DNA from: a virus
DNA: 64,000 bases
Strand: one strand, 5' to 3'
IMG/VR virus record: IMGVR_UViG_3300028043_000001
Coordinates: 1 to 64,000 of that record
The translations under genes were made by a program, and so were the position numbers. Below the pieces are notes generated by a model, which ran no database searches, had not been told where the DNA came from, and saw only the letters and a program-made list of their open reading frames with translations. Below are positions 1-9,822 of the stretch, piece after piece (position 1 is the stretch's first letter; the number at the start of each line of letters is the position of its first letter).

Positions 1-1
1 C

Positions 2-640
2 CTCATCGGCGCGCCTCCGGGATATGTGGGCTATGAGGAGGGAGGTCAACTCACTGAGGCGGTGCGCCGCCGGCCTTATTCTGTGGTCCTCTTCGATGAA
101 ATCGAAAAGGCCCATCCGGAGGTGTTCAATGCCCTCTTGCAGATTCTGGATGATGGGCGCCTGACGGATGGTCATGGTAGGACTGTGTTCTTCAAGAACA
201 CCATCGTAATTATGACCAGCAACATCGGTAGCCAGTATATCGCTGAGGCTACAGATGAGGCTCAGATAAGAAATCGGATTCGGGAGTCGCTGCGCTCACA
301 CTTCCGGCCCGAGTTCCTGAATCGAGTGGATGACATCCTGATGTTCCATCGTCTGACCCTCGAACAGCTTCGGCAGATTGTGGACTTGCAAATGAAGCAG
401 TTGAGGAAGTTCTTGGAGGAGCGCTACATTGAGTTGGAGCTCACCGACAAGGCCAAGGATTTTCTAGCCGAGGCAGGATATGACCCGATATATGGCGCTA
501 GGCCACTCCGTCGAGCTATTCAGCGCTATGTGCAAGACAAATTGGCCCCGATGCTCCTCGAAGGCATCTTTAAGGAGAGAGACACCATCGTAGTAGATGG
601 GGACTTAGCGGAGCTTCGGTTTGAGAGAAAGGGTGAGTGA
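2..640 (+). CDS. clpB: ClpB/ClpC-family AAA+ chaperone, C-terminal part (5' truncated by window edge)
   Basis: [38 protein letters not shown] (NBD2 pore loop and Walker B), [31 protein letters not shown]. Confidence 0.9.
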   Translation, partial: LIGAPPGYVGYEEGGQLTEAVRRRPYSVVLFDEIEKAHPEVFNALLQILDDGRLTDGHGRTVFFKNTIVIMTSNIGSQYIAEATDEAQIRNRIRESLRSHFRPEFLNRVDDILMFHRLTLEQLRQIVDLQMKQLRKFLEERYIELELTDKAKDFLAEAGYDPIYGARPLRRAIQRYVQDKLAPMLLEGIFKERDTIVVDGDLAELRFERKGE

Positions 641-972
641 GGTAGGTGAGAACATTTTTTGTGTTGCTTAGCAGTGATGATATGTATTGGCCCCAGCATG
701 ATGATTTGGTGACCGCCTTTACTCATCAAGCGCGCAGTTTTACTCTTTTTGTGGCCTTCAATGGTGAGTTGTTGCCCTTAGTGAAAAGAAATTAACATGC
801 ACATAATTTGGCTCATCACCAATAGTCTCCTGGCTGAGAAAGCTGCTATGGTAGGGGACGTCATAGCAGCTTTTGAACCAGGCAGGGCTGTAGTGTGGCA
901 AAGACAGTCTGAGCATAGCTGGAAAAGAGAAAGAGAAATTCTCTTACCATCTGAACCAAGGAGGAGCGACAA

Positions 973-1287
973 ATGAAAGAGGAAATTCGAGAAGCTATTG
1001 ATGTGGTTAGGACCTTGAAAGAACCTGCCTTAGTCTGTGTTATGTCCTCCACGCAGGAGCCTGTTAAAGGTGGTGTGAAGGTAACTAACCACTTTGAGGG
1101 TGGTTTTTTCAATACTTCCCTGTGGGATGTGGATGAACTCATCGACGCTATCACCGCCGCACGCGACCGGAAATGTGGGTGGTTGTTTCGTCGCAATGTC
1201 AGAAAGTGGTGTAACTACCTTCTGGCTTCTCTTTTTGGCATGTTAGCGCAGGCGGTCCTCACACTTTTAAGGCAGGTGGGAGGTTGA
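973..1287 (+). CDS. hypothetical protein with C-terminal hydrophobic segment
   Basis: ORF with strong SD (ggaggag) upstream; no family recognised. Confidence 0.6.
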   Translation: MKEEIREAIDVVRTLKEPALVCVMSSTQEPVKGGVKVTNHFEGGFFNTSLWDVDELIDAITAARDRKCGWLFRRNVRKWCNYLLASLFGMLAQAVLTLLRQVGG

Positions 1288-1537
1288 ATGTGTTTCTTTA
1301 TTTTGACTCATCCTTTAATGGGGGGCATGCTTTGTGGGGTGGCACATATTCGCGGTATAACTTTCTGCGTTGTCAAACTTCCGGGGGTGGAGAGATGAAG
1401 TGGTGGTATATTGTAGGTGGCGCATTGCTCATTGCAGCGTATGTTTGCTTTGCTCGGGTACCTAAACCTGTGGTTAAATTGGTTTTGGCATGTTAAGACA
1501 ATTCCTCGTGCTGTTTATCATGTCAAGGGAGTAAAGA

Positions 1538-1759
1538 GTGCGCCTCGAGAAAAAAATCTTTACCTATCGCTGCCCTAAGTGTAAAAGGGAGGTAGATGAC
1601 CATTTCTATCCTTGGGTACTGCAGGGTTGCTATGTCGTGAAATGTAAATTATGTAGGGGCGAGTTCCTCTTGGTTAGTCAAGAGGTGTGCGAAGCTTGTG
1701 GTCGCCGCCTCGACTGCGTGATTGACTCCACAATACCACCTATGGTCTGGAGGAAATAA
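1538..1759 (+). CDS. small Cys-rich zinc-finger protein (CxxCxxRxDC paralog family)
   Basis: CPKC..CKLC..CEACGRRLDC. Confidence 0.7.
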   Translation: MRLEKKIFTYRCPKCKREVDDHFYPWVLQGCYVVKCKLCRGEFLLVSQEVCEACGRRLDCVIDSTIPPMVWRK

Positions 1760-2415
1760 TGGGTGTTGATGCTCGGATGTTTTTTAAAGTTAGGTACCCA
1801 GTTAGTAAAAGGCAAGTTGCTGATTGGGCTTACATGCTCTATGGAGCCTTCGGTGACCATGTTACCGTTTGGCATGGAGATCAGGCAAGGTTTTTTGATT
1901 GGCCTCCCCATCACTGCATGGAATTCATTGATAAGTATGAGCAGGATGGCCCCACTATTGAGCCTGAAGAGGGGGAAACTTTCATCGAGGTTCACCTTGC
2001 GGGACGCTTCTACGATAAAGGATATGAGAGGGGTCCTTTCTATGTCTTCAAGGCGATCGCTGAATGGTTGGAGGATGTTATCCCTGGCGCAGAGGTGTGG
2101 TATGGAGGGGACTCATCAGGCTGCGTGGCCTTTAGGTTTGATCGTGGAGCACGTGAAAGATTGTTTAAATACTTTTGTGACGTTGGCCACCTGCCTTACC
2201 TAGGAGTTTTTAATCGGGGTGCTAAGATGCAAGTTTGTACGTTATGCGCTAAACCCTTGATTCACACGGGGGGTGGTGTAGAGAGGTCCTTCTACTACTG
2301 TTATGGCTGCCGTGAAAAAGTGATTACTAAAAATGGTGAAGTCGTTGTGAAGTGGCACGACCACGTGGATTTTTTCGCAAAAATAAAGGAGTTGGAGGAA
2401 AGCGGCCAGGCATAA
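1759..2415 (+). CDS. hypothetical phage protein with C-terminal zinc ribbon
   Basis: 218 aa ORF coupled to previous gene (TAATG); CTLC..CYGC. Confidence 0.7.
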   Translation: MGVDARMFFKVRYPVSKRQVADWAYMLYGAFGDHVTVWHGDQARFFDWPPHHCMEFIDKYEQDGPTIEPEEGETFIEVHLAGRFYDKGYERGPFYVFKAIAEWLEDVIPGAEVWYGGDSSGCVAFRFDRGARERLFKYFCDVGHLPYLGVFNRGAKMQVCTLCAKPLIHTGGGVERSFYYCYGCREKVITKNGEVVVKWHDHVDFFAKIKELEESGQA

Positions 2416-2480
2416 AATGATTGTGGTGATGGTGGAATTTTATATGCAAGTTCAGTGGCTGCGGAAGTAGGGAGAAGACT

Positions 2481-2858
2481 ATGAAAGAATACCTTAAAAT
2501 ACCTGAATTAAAAGATGGCTATTTATACCGTATTCGTGCACGTAATGGAGCCTTTGGTGTTTGGGTTGAGCAGGTAAAAGGGTTTGTCCTTTCACGAGTG
2601 AAGCTGGGAGCTAATTTCCTATTTACAGAATTCCACTGTGATACCGGAGTGCCATTTGGGACGGTTTTCCCCCTGTTGGAGATAGAGAAAAGTCCATTTG
2701 AGGGGGCGAGTGATCGACCCGACTTTCCTTTGTATGACCAAGTTCTTGAGTACCTCAACAGTTTTGAGGTGCCCTACGAGGAGGAGCGGTTGAAGGAGTT
2801 AGGAGTTGAAGACTCTCATAGGGTAAGGCTGCTTTCCTACTACAAAAAACAATGTTAG
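2481..2858 (+). CDS. hypothetical phage protein
   Basis: ORF with SD gggag; no family recognised. Confidence 0.65.
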   Translation: MKEYLKIPELKDGYLYRIRARNGAFGVWVEQVKGFVLSRVKLGANFLFTEFHCDTGVPFGTVFPLLEIEKSPFEGASDRPDFPLYDQVLEYLNSFEVPYEEERLKELGVEDSHRVRLLSYYKKQC

Positions 2859-3037
2859 TTGTCTTTTTATTGAGTAGAGCCGCGAACATTTGCTTGCAAG
2901 GGGACAAAACCCTTTTTTTAAAATTTAAGGATCGCAGGGGTTGGACTTTAACTTTAACTCTCAGCGACTACGAAGGCGTAAGGGTTGTCGCGATTGGAGA
3001 TAAATGAAAGTAATTTGTAAAGAGGGGGTTACGTTAT

Positions 3038-3445
3038 ATGGGTATGTTCGATGAAATTTTATGCGAATGGCCTCTTCCTGATCCTGAAGTCCAAGACCAT
3101 GTCTTTCAAACTAAAGATTTGCTCAACATGCTCGACCGGTACACCATTACAAAGGAGGGAAGGCTGATTTGGCATAGGACAAGGCTTGAAAATGTTCCTG
3201 AAGAAGAGCGTCCTTATTGGGGAACTCCTGACTGGGAATCTCCTATTATGAGGCTTGCTGGCATGTATCGGTCGGTGCCAGTTGGAGATGTTGACCTCAA
3301 CCACCATGGTTATCTCGATTTCTATACTTCAAGGGGCAAGCCTGACACCGAGGGTGACTCAGATTATCAGTGGTACGGGTATCGGGCTAAGTTTACCGAT
3401 GGTGTGGTGGTTTCGATTGAAAGGGTGGAGAGAGGGCATGGATGA
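3038..3445 (+). CDS. conserved hypothetical phage protein (MGMFD...FQTKDL type)
   Basis: MGMFDEI..FQTKDL..YTITKEGRL pattern recalled from many phage proteins. Confidence 0.7.
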   Translation: MGMFDEILCEWPLPDPEVQDHVFQTKDLLNMLDRYTITKEGRLIWHRTRLENVPEEERPYWGTPDWESPIMRLAGMYRSVPVGDVDLNHHGYLDFYTSRGKPDTEGDSDYQWYGYRAKFTDGVVVSIERVERGHG

Positions 3446-3650
3446 GAAAAAAATTGAAAAAATGGCCAGGGATTTTCATAAAGCCCTCATGAGGGCCCAG
3501 GTTCCTCACTTTATTTCTATAGCAATAGGTGATGATCAGCTCGATCTTGCGGCTGGTGATGATCCGGAACAAGTGTTTGAGATGCTCCAAGGCGCCTGTG
3601 CCGACTTCAGAGAAAAGCACCCCCAGAAATGCAAGTTCAAGTTACATTGA
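3438..3650 (+). CDS. hypothetical protein
   Basis: ATG at 3438 overlapping previous stop, after ggagagag. Confidence 0.55.
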   Translation: MDEKKIEKMARDFHKALMRAQVPHFISIAIGDDQLDLAAGDDPEQVFEMLQGACADFREKHPQKCKFKLH

Positions 3651-3722
3651 TAATCCAAACCGGAGATGACTCATTTCTCTATCGCCTCTACGTGGGGTTT
3701 TGGCGTGAGATGAGATTAGGGG

Positions 3723-4250
3723 CTATGGTAGAAATGGAGGTTGATTATAGGTACGGCGGGTTTTATTTACGCGGTGTTGACCTTGGGGTGCAAGCAGGGT
3801 AAGATGAAACTTAAAATTGTGCTCATTGTTACACACCGAGACAGTTTTTATATTTGGGGTTGTGAGGATCCCTTCTTTTGTAGGAAAGCGCGAGACGGAT
3901 CTACAGTAGAGTTCAAGCAGCGTTGTCCTCGTACCATGTTTGAAATTTTGGCAGCCGGGATTGGGCGGAAGGGATAAAAACTCGAGCGCGATCTTCTCTA
4001 CTATAATACACTTTAGTGTCCCCGAAAATATGTAGAGCTGCACCCTAAACGGCTTTTTGTGTTGGCGGTGCTTGCATTGTACAATCGCAATATAGGTGAG
4101 AGGTAAATCTTCTCTAAAGTAAAAAGTCCCAGACTGTACTTCAAGATCGAGATTCTCGGCGTCAAGGATCTGCTGTATGGCATGTATTCCTGCTGGGCTG
4201 ATGGGCGCGCATAGAAGAGTGCACATAAGGACAAAAGTGAGGCACCTCAT
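3723..4250 (-). CDS. possible secreted protein; only plausible minus-strand gene
   Basis: N-terminal signal-like MRCLTFVLMCTLLCAPISPA; fills a gap lacking long + strand ORFs (3978-4390); 3' part overlaps a small + ORF. Confidence 0.4.
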   Translation of the reverse strand: MRCLTFVLMCTLLCAPISPAGIHAIQQILDAENLDLEVQSGTFYFREDLPLTYIAIVQCKHRQHKKPFRVQLYIFSGTLKCIIVEKIALEFLSLPPNPGCQNFKHGTRTTLLELYCRSVSRFPTKEGILTTPNIKTVSVCNNEHNFKFHLTLLAPQGQHRVNKTRRTYNQPPFLP

Positions 4251-4295
4251 GCAACTAAATTGACACCCCCTTACTTTTTTTCAGCCAAAAAATAA

Positions 4296-4330
4296 GCCTT
4301 TTAAAAAGCCTAATTGAGCAATTAAAATTA
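4296..4330 (+). promoter_or_regulatory. 35-bp promoter-like element, copy 1 (copy 2 at 54315-54349)
   Basis: gccttttaaaaagcctaattgagcaattaaaatta matches 54315-54349 at 31/35 nt; contains -10-like TAAAAT. Confidence 0.6.
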
Positions 4331-4578
4331 TTAAAGAATTAGTTTTGGGGTCTAAATGCTTCACCCTAGAGGGATTTTTAAGGAGGTAAGCAGTGAGAAC
4401 TTTAATCACTATCCTCTTGTCTATCGCTGGTGCGCGCCTCATTTCTGCATTTATTGAGGGTTATTTCGAGAACAGGAAACGTTTATCCCGCACACTAATT
4501 GACGGAACTGAAAATTGGCAACAGGTGAGGAGGGCTTTACGGCCTCCCCAAAAAAACAATCAAGCTTAGGAGACCTCC

Positions 4579-5127
4579 ATGCACAAAGCACAGACTAATG
4601 ATGTGGTCAAGATCAACAATAAGTTCCTAGCTCGGGCGATTGCCGTTGCACTGGCTGAGGAGTTGGACCCTGAAGGGAAATATGGTCTTGTGGCCGCCCT
4701 TCCAAAAGCAATGATGGAGGGCAAAAAAGACGACTACGATCCTGTGAGTGAAAGGGTGGTAATTGAAAACCCAGAAAAAACTGTACCTGTTAGTGTGGCC
4801 ATCGCCTTAGTTGGACAGGCTGCAGTCAAGATTGCTGAGGAGATGGAAATTGAAGACCTCGAAGCCGCGATGACCTTACGTACGTCTGCGGCAGATCTCG
4901 CGAGGAGCAGTTTGACGTGTTTGCATTGGCGCGAGCTAGCAAATCATACTGGTTGGAGTAAAAGAGACGGCAAAGTTGTAGGGGTTGCCATCTCTCATGG
5001 ACGACAGGAGAAGCTCAAGTGGGATATCCAGCGGGCGGTTTTTTCTGCCTTGGGGGTAAAAACAATCAAAGATATCCCCAAGGCGTTGGACAAATTTGCA
5101 GATGTAATGGACAAGGAAGGAAGGTGA
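4579..5127 (+). CDS. hypothetical protein
   Basis: 182 aa ORF, SD aggag. Confidence 0.7.
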   Translation: MHKAQTNDVVKINNKFLARAIAVALAEELDPEGKYGLVAALPKAMMEGKKDDYDPVSERVVIENPEKTVPVSVAIALVGQAAVKIAEEMEIEDLEAAMTLRTSAADLARSSLTCLHWRELANHTGWSKRDGKVVGVAISHGRQEKLKWDIQRAVFSALGVKTIKDIPKALDKFADVMDKEGR

Positions 5128-5481
5128 GAAATGGAAGGCCTTGTGGTTATCTTTCTTGTTGGTTTAATCGTTCATGCATTTCTAACCTCTTAAATATGTG
5201 AGCGTCAGTTTGTGCAGAATGGCCTAGGGTTAAGGGGTGGTATAAATTCGGGAGATACTGGCTATGTCTTTCGCCCACCCCTACCCTGCTTTCTGTTGGA
5301 AAAAAGGGAAACTAACCGTCCTCGTCTTATAACCGCCCTTTAAAAATTTCTATCCAAAAATTAAGCAGTTAAAAATCCAAAATCCATCATTTAAAATTAA
5401 AAAATAAGGATGAAGAAAGAATAACCATTTGGGGTGAGGTATGCCAAGTCAAAAAGTTAAAGTAGTAGGGAGGGTCACATC

Positions 5482-6237
5482 TTGCAATCGGTTTTTGTAA
5501 AATGTAGGAGTGTGGAAGAGCGCGACCAGATGCTCGAATTTCTGGAAAGGAACTTTCATGGTTTCAGATTTGAGGGTAAACTGCTCCGAATAGAGGGCCC
5601 CACTAAGACGCCGAAGGGGCTCGGCCGCACCCGAAAGCCCTCGATAGGTTTTGACTATGTAGAAGATCTTGGTTATTACTGCGCTCGGGGCTTATGTTTA
5701 TGGATAATGAGAATGTTGGACCTTCGCGAGGTTCAGGATTACGACGGGCCAATCCCTCTCTCTTTATCTCATGCCTTCATTTATAGCCCCCCTTCGATGA
5801 CAAGAAGGAAAAGGTGGGGAGGGACTGGGTCTATGTTAGCTTCCCCGGACTATGTGAAGATCGTGGTAGGTGAGTTGGAAAGGTTAACAAATGCCTGGTT
5901 TCTGGAAAAAGGTTCTAAAGATTGCTTGCTCCCGGAGGACGAAGAAAAGGCAATTTTGAAAATTCCTGAGGTTAAGAAGATTTGCAACGGAGGCAACTAC
6001 GTAGCTATACAGTGTAAGATAGGTAGATTTGATCCCCCCTACTGGCTCTTGCTAAAGGTTCGAGGGCCGGGTTCGCGGTTTAGGATTTTTGGCCCTCGAG
6101 TACCGTTCAGCTCTTGGACGGGGTTTGTTTGCCTGGGAAATATGAATAGGGGGCTGTCTCACTATTTGCGAGAAGGGGATTTTGCTTTGGCTACTACTTT
6201 GCTGGTCAGTTTTATCAAGAAGGCTAGGAGGGAATAA
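5482..6237 (+). CDS. hypothetical protein, first gene of coupled run leading into Ubl operon
   Basis: 251 aa ORF, TTG start after gggagggg; TAATG overlap with next gene. Confidence 0.65.
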   Translation: MQSVFVKCRSVEERDQMLEFLERNFHGFRFEGKLLRIEGPTKTPKGLGRTRKPSIGFDYVEDLGYYCARGLCLWIMRMLDLREVQDYDGPIPLSLSHAFIYSPPSMTRRKRWGGTGSMLASPDYVKIVVGELERLTNAWFLEKGSKDCLLPEDEEKAILKIPEVKKICNGGNYVAIQCKIGRFDPPYWLLLKVRGPGSRFRIFGPRVPFSSWTGFVCLGNMNRGLSHYLREGDFALATTLLVSFIKKARRE

Positions 6238-6872
6238 TGTTTTTTGTGAAGGCTTCTTTGAAGGTTATAAAAGATAGAGGTGTTAAATTTAAAGGGGGAA
6301 GATTGGCATGTAAAAAATGTCATGATCCCATCTTGTTTGCGACCGCAAAAATGAGGCTTTTTGGTGCAAACGGCGATGGTACAGTTTTTGATTCTCACGG
6401 ATTTATTGACTTAGCCTACCTTTTTTGTTCAAAATGTGATGGTGGTGAAGTTTATTCGTGGTCAATATGGCCAGGTGGTATAGCTTACGAGAATGAAGTG
6501 GTATTAGTAGACGGAAATTTTGGGCGGCACATTCCTGAGGTAGACCCCGCAAAGGTTTTAATTGGTGACTTCATAGGGGAAAACTTGGAGGGGCTGAAGT
6601 GGCGTTGTCGTGACCTTCGAGAAGTTGAGGACTTCGATAGGGGTCTCAAGCTCTTTGTCACAAAATATAATACCCCCAAAGGTCGAGCCGAGCTAATGCG
6701 AATCGGTGAGGAGCAAGAGGAGCACCAGCGGGGTTTACGAATTTTGGCAGAATGGCAGCAACGTCGCGAGGAGATAGGAACTGCGCTAGAGACTCCTAAA
6801 AAAGGAAAAGTTACGGTTGTGGTGCAGGATGAATGTGGTTGTAAAAGGAAGATTCGTGAGGTGAAAATATGA
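6237..6872 (+). CDS. hypothetical zinc-ribbon protein coupled to E2-like gene
   Basis: CKKC..CSKC; ATGA overlap with 6869. Confidence 0.65.
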   Translation: MFFVKASLKVIKDRGVKFKGGRLACKKCHDPILFATAKMRLFGANGDGTVFDSHGFIDLAYLFCSKCDGGEVYSWSIWPGGIAYENEVVLVDGNFGRHIPEVDPAKVLIGDFIGENLEGLKWRCRDLREVEDFDRGLKLFVTKYNTPKGRAELMRIGEEQEEHQRGLRILAEWQQRREEIGTALETPKKGKVTVVVQDECGCKRKIREVKI

Positions 6873-8011
6873 AATTTCGTGTGCAAGGAAGGGGTGACTA
6901 CCTCGAGATGTGGGATGTGATGCTTCCCCTTTTGGAGGGATTCGCTGCGAAGATCGAAAAGCACATTAACGTTCTTAACTTTCACGGCTCAAAATCATCC
7001 CCCCTAGAGGTTAAGAAGGGTGAAATCAACCTCTATTTTTGGGCTTGTCCTCCAGGGGTGGAGGCCGATAGTGGAACTCTCGAGAGGGTTTTTGGCCTCA
7101 CTCTGACTGGCGGGATGAGGGATTCTTACATACCTCAATTTGTTCCGCAAGATTATATTCAGATTCTTGATGAGGATACACCGGTTGCTTTGATCAGTAA
7201 ATCGTCCCCGGAGGTTTATGTCCTCTTCGATCTCCCTCATAGAGCCCCAGAAGAATTAACCAGGGAGGTTTTGGGTGATCTCTTGAGGCTCCTCTTGCAA
7301 GAAGCATGTATCGCAAAAGCGGAGAACCCGGAGGATGAATCTCCCGAGTCGCGGTTTGTGCAAATTTGCAATGCTTGGCGCACAAACAGGAGGAAAGAAT
7401 CTGAGTCAAAAATCCGGCGGAGTGAGCGGAGAATCAGGGAAGTACTGGAGGAATTACAAGTACAGAGACGTCGATTGGAAGAAGAAAGATTGCTCCACGC
7501 TGGTTTACTAGAATCTCTAGAACAAAGGGAGGACGAGTTTAGAAAAATGTTTAAGGGAATTTTAGAAATTAAGGGGGTAGAATGGGTTGAGGTTACTGAG
7601 AAGGGCGTGAGTGTTTTTACTGATATGATCTACCTGGATTATGCTGGGCGCTCCTATAAAATTGGGAAATTCAAAATCACCTTTGGGGAAGAGAATCCGA
7701 CGCCTGACGTTATAAACCTTTTAAATGAGAAAATTACGGGGCAGAAGTACTTCCACCACCCACATATATTTGGGGACCGTGTCCCTAAAATTTGTGGAGG
7801 GAACTTGAGCCCCGGGATGGAAAAGCTAGTTATGGAGCAGGACTTTTTGAATGCAACGGCGGTTATGATAAGATTTCTCCGCACTTTCAACCAGAGTTCC
7901 CAATATGTAGGGTGGCTGAAGAGCAATTGGGCTCCCGAGCCATTCCCGGAAAAGGGGAAGGGGAAGGTAAAGGTAAAGGTAAAGGAGAAGGTAGAGGAGG
8001 AGGACTTATGA
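6869..8011 (+). CDS. prokaryotic E2 (UBC-fold)-like protein with N-terminal domain and central coiled coil
   Basis: C-terminal HHPHIFGDRVPKICGGN resembles the UBC HPN..IC active-site motif (Cys309); adjacent to JAB, E1 and Ubl. Confidence 0.7.
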   Translation: MKFRVQGRGDYLEMWDVMLPLLEGFAAKIEKHINVLNFHGSKSSPLEVKKGEINLYFWACPPGVEADSGTLERVFGLTLTGGMRDSYIPQFVPQDYIQILDEDTPVALISKSSPEVYVLFDLPHRAPEELTREVLGDLLRLLLQEACIAKAENPEDESPESRFVQICNAWRTNRRKESESKIRRSERRIREVLEELQVQRRRLEEERLLHAGLLESLEQREDEFRKMFKGILEIKGVEWVEVTEKGVSVFTDMIYLDYAGRSYKIGKFKITFGEENPTPDVINLLNEKITGQKYFHHPHIFGDRVPKICGGNLSPGMEKLVMEQDFLNATAVMIRFLRTFNQSSQYVGWLKSNWAPEPFPEKGKGKVKVKVKEKVEEEDL

Positions 8012-8592
8012 AGGCTACTGCACCACAAAGTCTGCGAGTTTTAATTCCTTTGGAGGTGAAGCATCGACTTGATCTGTACATTCAATGCAGTCCCCTTGAA
8101 ATTTCTGGGTTGGGGGAGGCAGTTTTAATTGAGGACAACGTTTTTTACATTAAAAACGTTTTTATCTTACCCCAAACAGTTTCAGCGGCGTCCACATACC
8201 TTGCTGTTCCTGCGGTAGGACAATTTTTGACCCAATTAATCCAGGAGGGGCGCGATCCCGAATTAATAAAGGTTTGGTGGCATTCACATGCTGACATGGG
8301 TTGCTTCTGGTCATCGATTGACGACTCCACAATTGAAAAATTCAAAAATGAATGGATGATTGCAATCGTGGGAAACCATCATGGGGAATATAAAGTTCGA
8401 GTTGATCTTTACTCACCGGTTCGAGTTGTCATAGACGACCTCCAATTGGAGGTCGTCGTAGATGACCCTGATGAGGAGATGAGAGCTGAGGTGGAAGCTG
8501 AAATCGCTGCGAAGGTAATTCAGGCCCCCCTTCCCCCTGCTGTGGGCTTTAATTGGAGAAAATCTAAGTGGACGGAGGGTACTTGGCTATGA
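8008..8592 (+). CDS. JAB/MPN+ metallo-isopeptidase (Ubl processing/deconjugating)
   Basis: EISGLG and WWHSHADMGCFWSSIDD give the E..HxH-x7-S-x2-D JAMM motif; ATG 8008 overlaps E2 stop. Confidence 0.9.
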   Translation: MKATAPQSLRVLIPLEVKHRLDLYIQCSPLEISGLGEAVLIEDNVFYIKNVFILPQTVSAASTYLAVPAVGQFLTQLIQEGRDPELIKVWWHSHADMGCFWSSIDDSTIEKFKNEWMIAIVGNHHGEYKVRVDLYSPVRVVIDDLQLEVVVDDPDEEMRAEVEAEIAAKVIQAPLPPAVGFNWRKSKWTEGTWL

Positions 8593-9242
8593 TGGATTTC
8601 ATGAGACAGTTAGGCATCTTAGCTCCCCCAGAACATTTAAATTTCCCTGTTTCTGTGGTCGGTTGTGGGGGTATTGGTTCTCCGACAGCTTTAGTGCTCG
8701 CCAAAATGGGGTGCACTGATATAACGGTCTACGATTTCGATCATGTAGAGGAGCACAACCTGCCCAACCAACTTCACAAACTGTGCCATGTTGACCGCCC
8801 AAAGGTGGTAGCGGTGGCCAATGTTGCTAAGGAGTTTGCTGGAGTAAAGGTTAAAACCAAAGAAGAGAGCGTTGGCGGTGAGCACCAGTTATCGGGAGTG
8901 GTTATTTCGGGTGTTGATACAATGGAGGCCCGCCGCGAGATTTGGAAAGCGGTAAAATATAACCCCCAAGTTCATCTGTATATTGATGGTCGCATGGGGG
9001 CTGAAGTTTGCAGAATTTACTCAGTGTGGCCAATTGATCCCGAAGATGTGCGTCGTTATGAGGCCTCGTTATATTCTGACGAGGAGGCTTTAGAGCTGCC
9101 GTGTACAGAGAGGGCAATTATTTACAACGTCTTTGTTGTTGCGGGTTTAATTGGTAACCAGGTTAAAAAGTATGCAAAGGCGGAGCCTTTCGCAAAAGAG
9201 GTGATTTTAGACCTCGTCTCGCTCACCCTAATTACCGTTTAA
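8589..9242 (+). CDS. ThiF/E1-like Ubl-activating adenylyltransferase
   Basis: VVGCGGIGS, YDFDHVEEHNLPNQ, SGVDTMEAR, IDGRMG, candidate catalytic Cys in ELPCTERA. Confidence 0.9.
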   Translation: MMDFMRQLGILAPPEHLNFPVSVVGCGGIGSPTALVLAKMGCTDITVYDFDHVEEHNLPNQLHKLCHVDRPKVVAVANVAKEFAGVKVKTKEESVGGEHQLSGVVISGVDTMEARREIWKAVKYNPQVHLYIDGRMGAEVCRIYSVWPIDPEDVRRYEASLYSDEEALELPCTERAIIYNVFVVAGLIGNQVKKYAKAEPFAKEVILDLVSLTLITV

Positions 9243-9258
9243 AAAAAGGAGGAGTGGC

Positions 9259-9465
9259 ATGAAAACTGTTAAGGTTGCAAAGTTGGGAGCACCGAAGAAG
9301 GATGTCATTCTCGAGGTGCGGGCTACGATTAGAGACGTTCTCAATGAAGCAGGGTTGGATCCGGGCGGATTTGAGGTTCTTCTCAACGGCAAGGAGTCTA
9401 AACTCACCAGCTTCGTTGAGCCTGGGGATATTGTTGTTTTGGTCCCTCAAATTCGGGGAGGGTAA
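9259..9465 (+). CDS. ubiquitin-like (beta-grasp, ThiS/MoaD-type) protein ending in Gly-Gly
   Basis: 68 aa; ATIRDVL..VLLNG..VEPGDIVVLVPQIRGG*; strong SD aggaggag. Confidence 0.9.
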   Translation: MKTVKVAKLGAPKKDVILEVRATIRDVLNEAGLDPGGFEVLLNGKESKLTSFVEPGDIVVLVPQIRGG

Positions 9466-9492
9466 CTCCTCAATCATAAAAAAAGGAGGTTG

Positions 9493-9527
9493 ATAGGGGG
9501 CGTCGCCTCCAAAAGCGCGCCCCCTAT
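9493..9527 (+). terminator. GC-rich hairpin closing the Ubl operon (terminator or stability hairpin)
   Basis: atagggggcg / cgccccctat 10-bp stem; no clear U-tract. Confidence 0.4.
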
Positions 9528-9535
9528 ATCCGAAC

Positions 9536-9814
9536 ATGAGAGATTACAGTAAACCTCATATCATAGAAGAAGGCTTCGCCTTCTGTTTCTCCTGCAATAC
9601 TTATACCTTTAATCGTCATATACAGAAGGTAGGAGTTCGACGTTATCTTGATATGGAAATCATTGTACCTGAAATGGTGTACGTCTGTATGGAATGTCTT
9701 GAAGAAGTTTCTTGGTATAAAAGAGGAGATTATGATGACATGCTAGCTCTGTACCAGATCCACGCGGAGCTCCTAAAAAGGAAAAATAGATTCAGTGGCC
9801 CCGTCAATGAATAG
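9536..9814 (+). CDS. small zinc-ribbon protein
   Basis: CFSC..CMEC. Confidence 0.55.
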   Translation: MRDYSKPHIIEEGFAFCFSCNTYTFNRHIQKVGVRRYLDMEIIVPEMVYVCMECLEEVSWYKRGDYDDMLALYQIHAELLKRKNRFSGPVNE

Positions 9815-9822
9815 ACTTCCGT

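Noticed and set aside
973-1287. ORF ending in GG (LLRQVGG); likewise 15488-16024 (KTGTGG)
   Set aside because: No beta-grasp pattern; the GG codons coincide with the ggagg SD of the next gene
8589-9465. ThiF plus ThiS/MoaD as a thiamine or molybdopterin biosynthesis pair
   Set aside because: No thiG/moaE/cysteine synthase nearby; flanked instead by JAB and an E2-like gene
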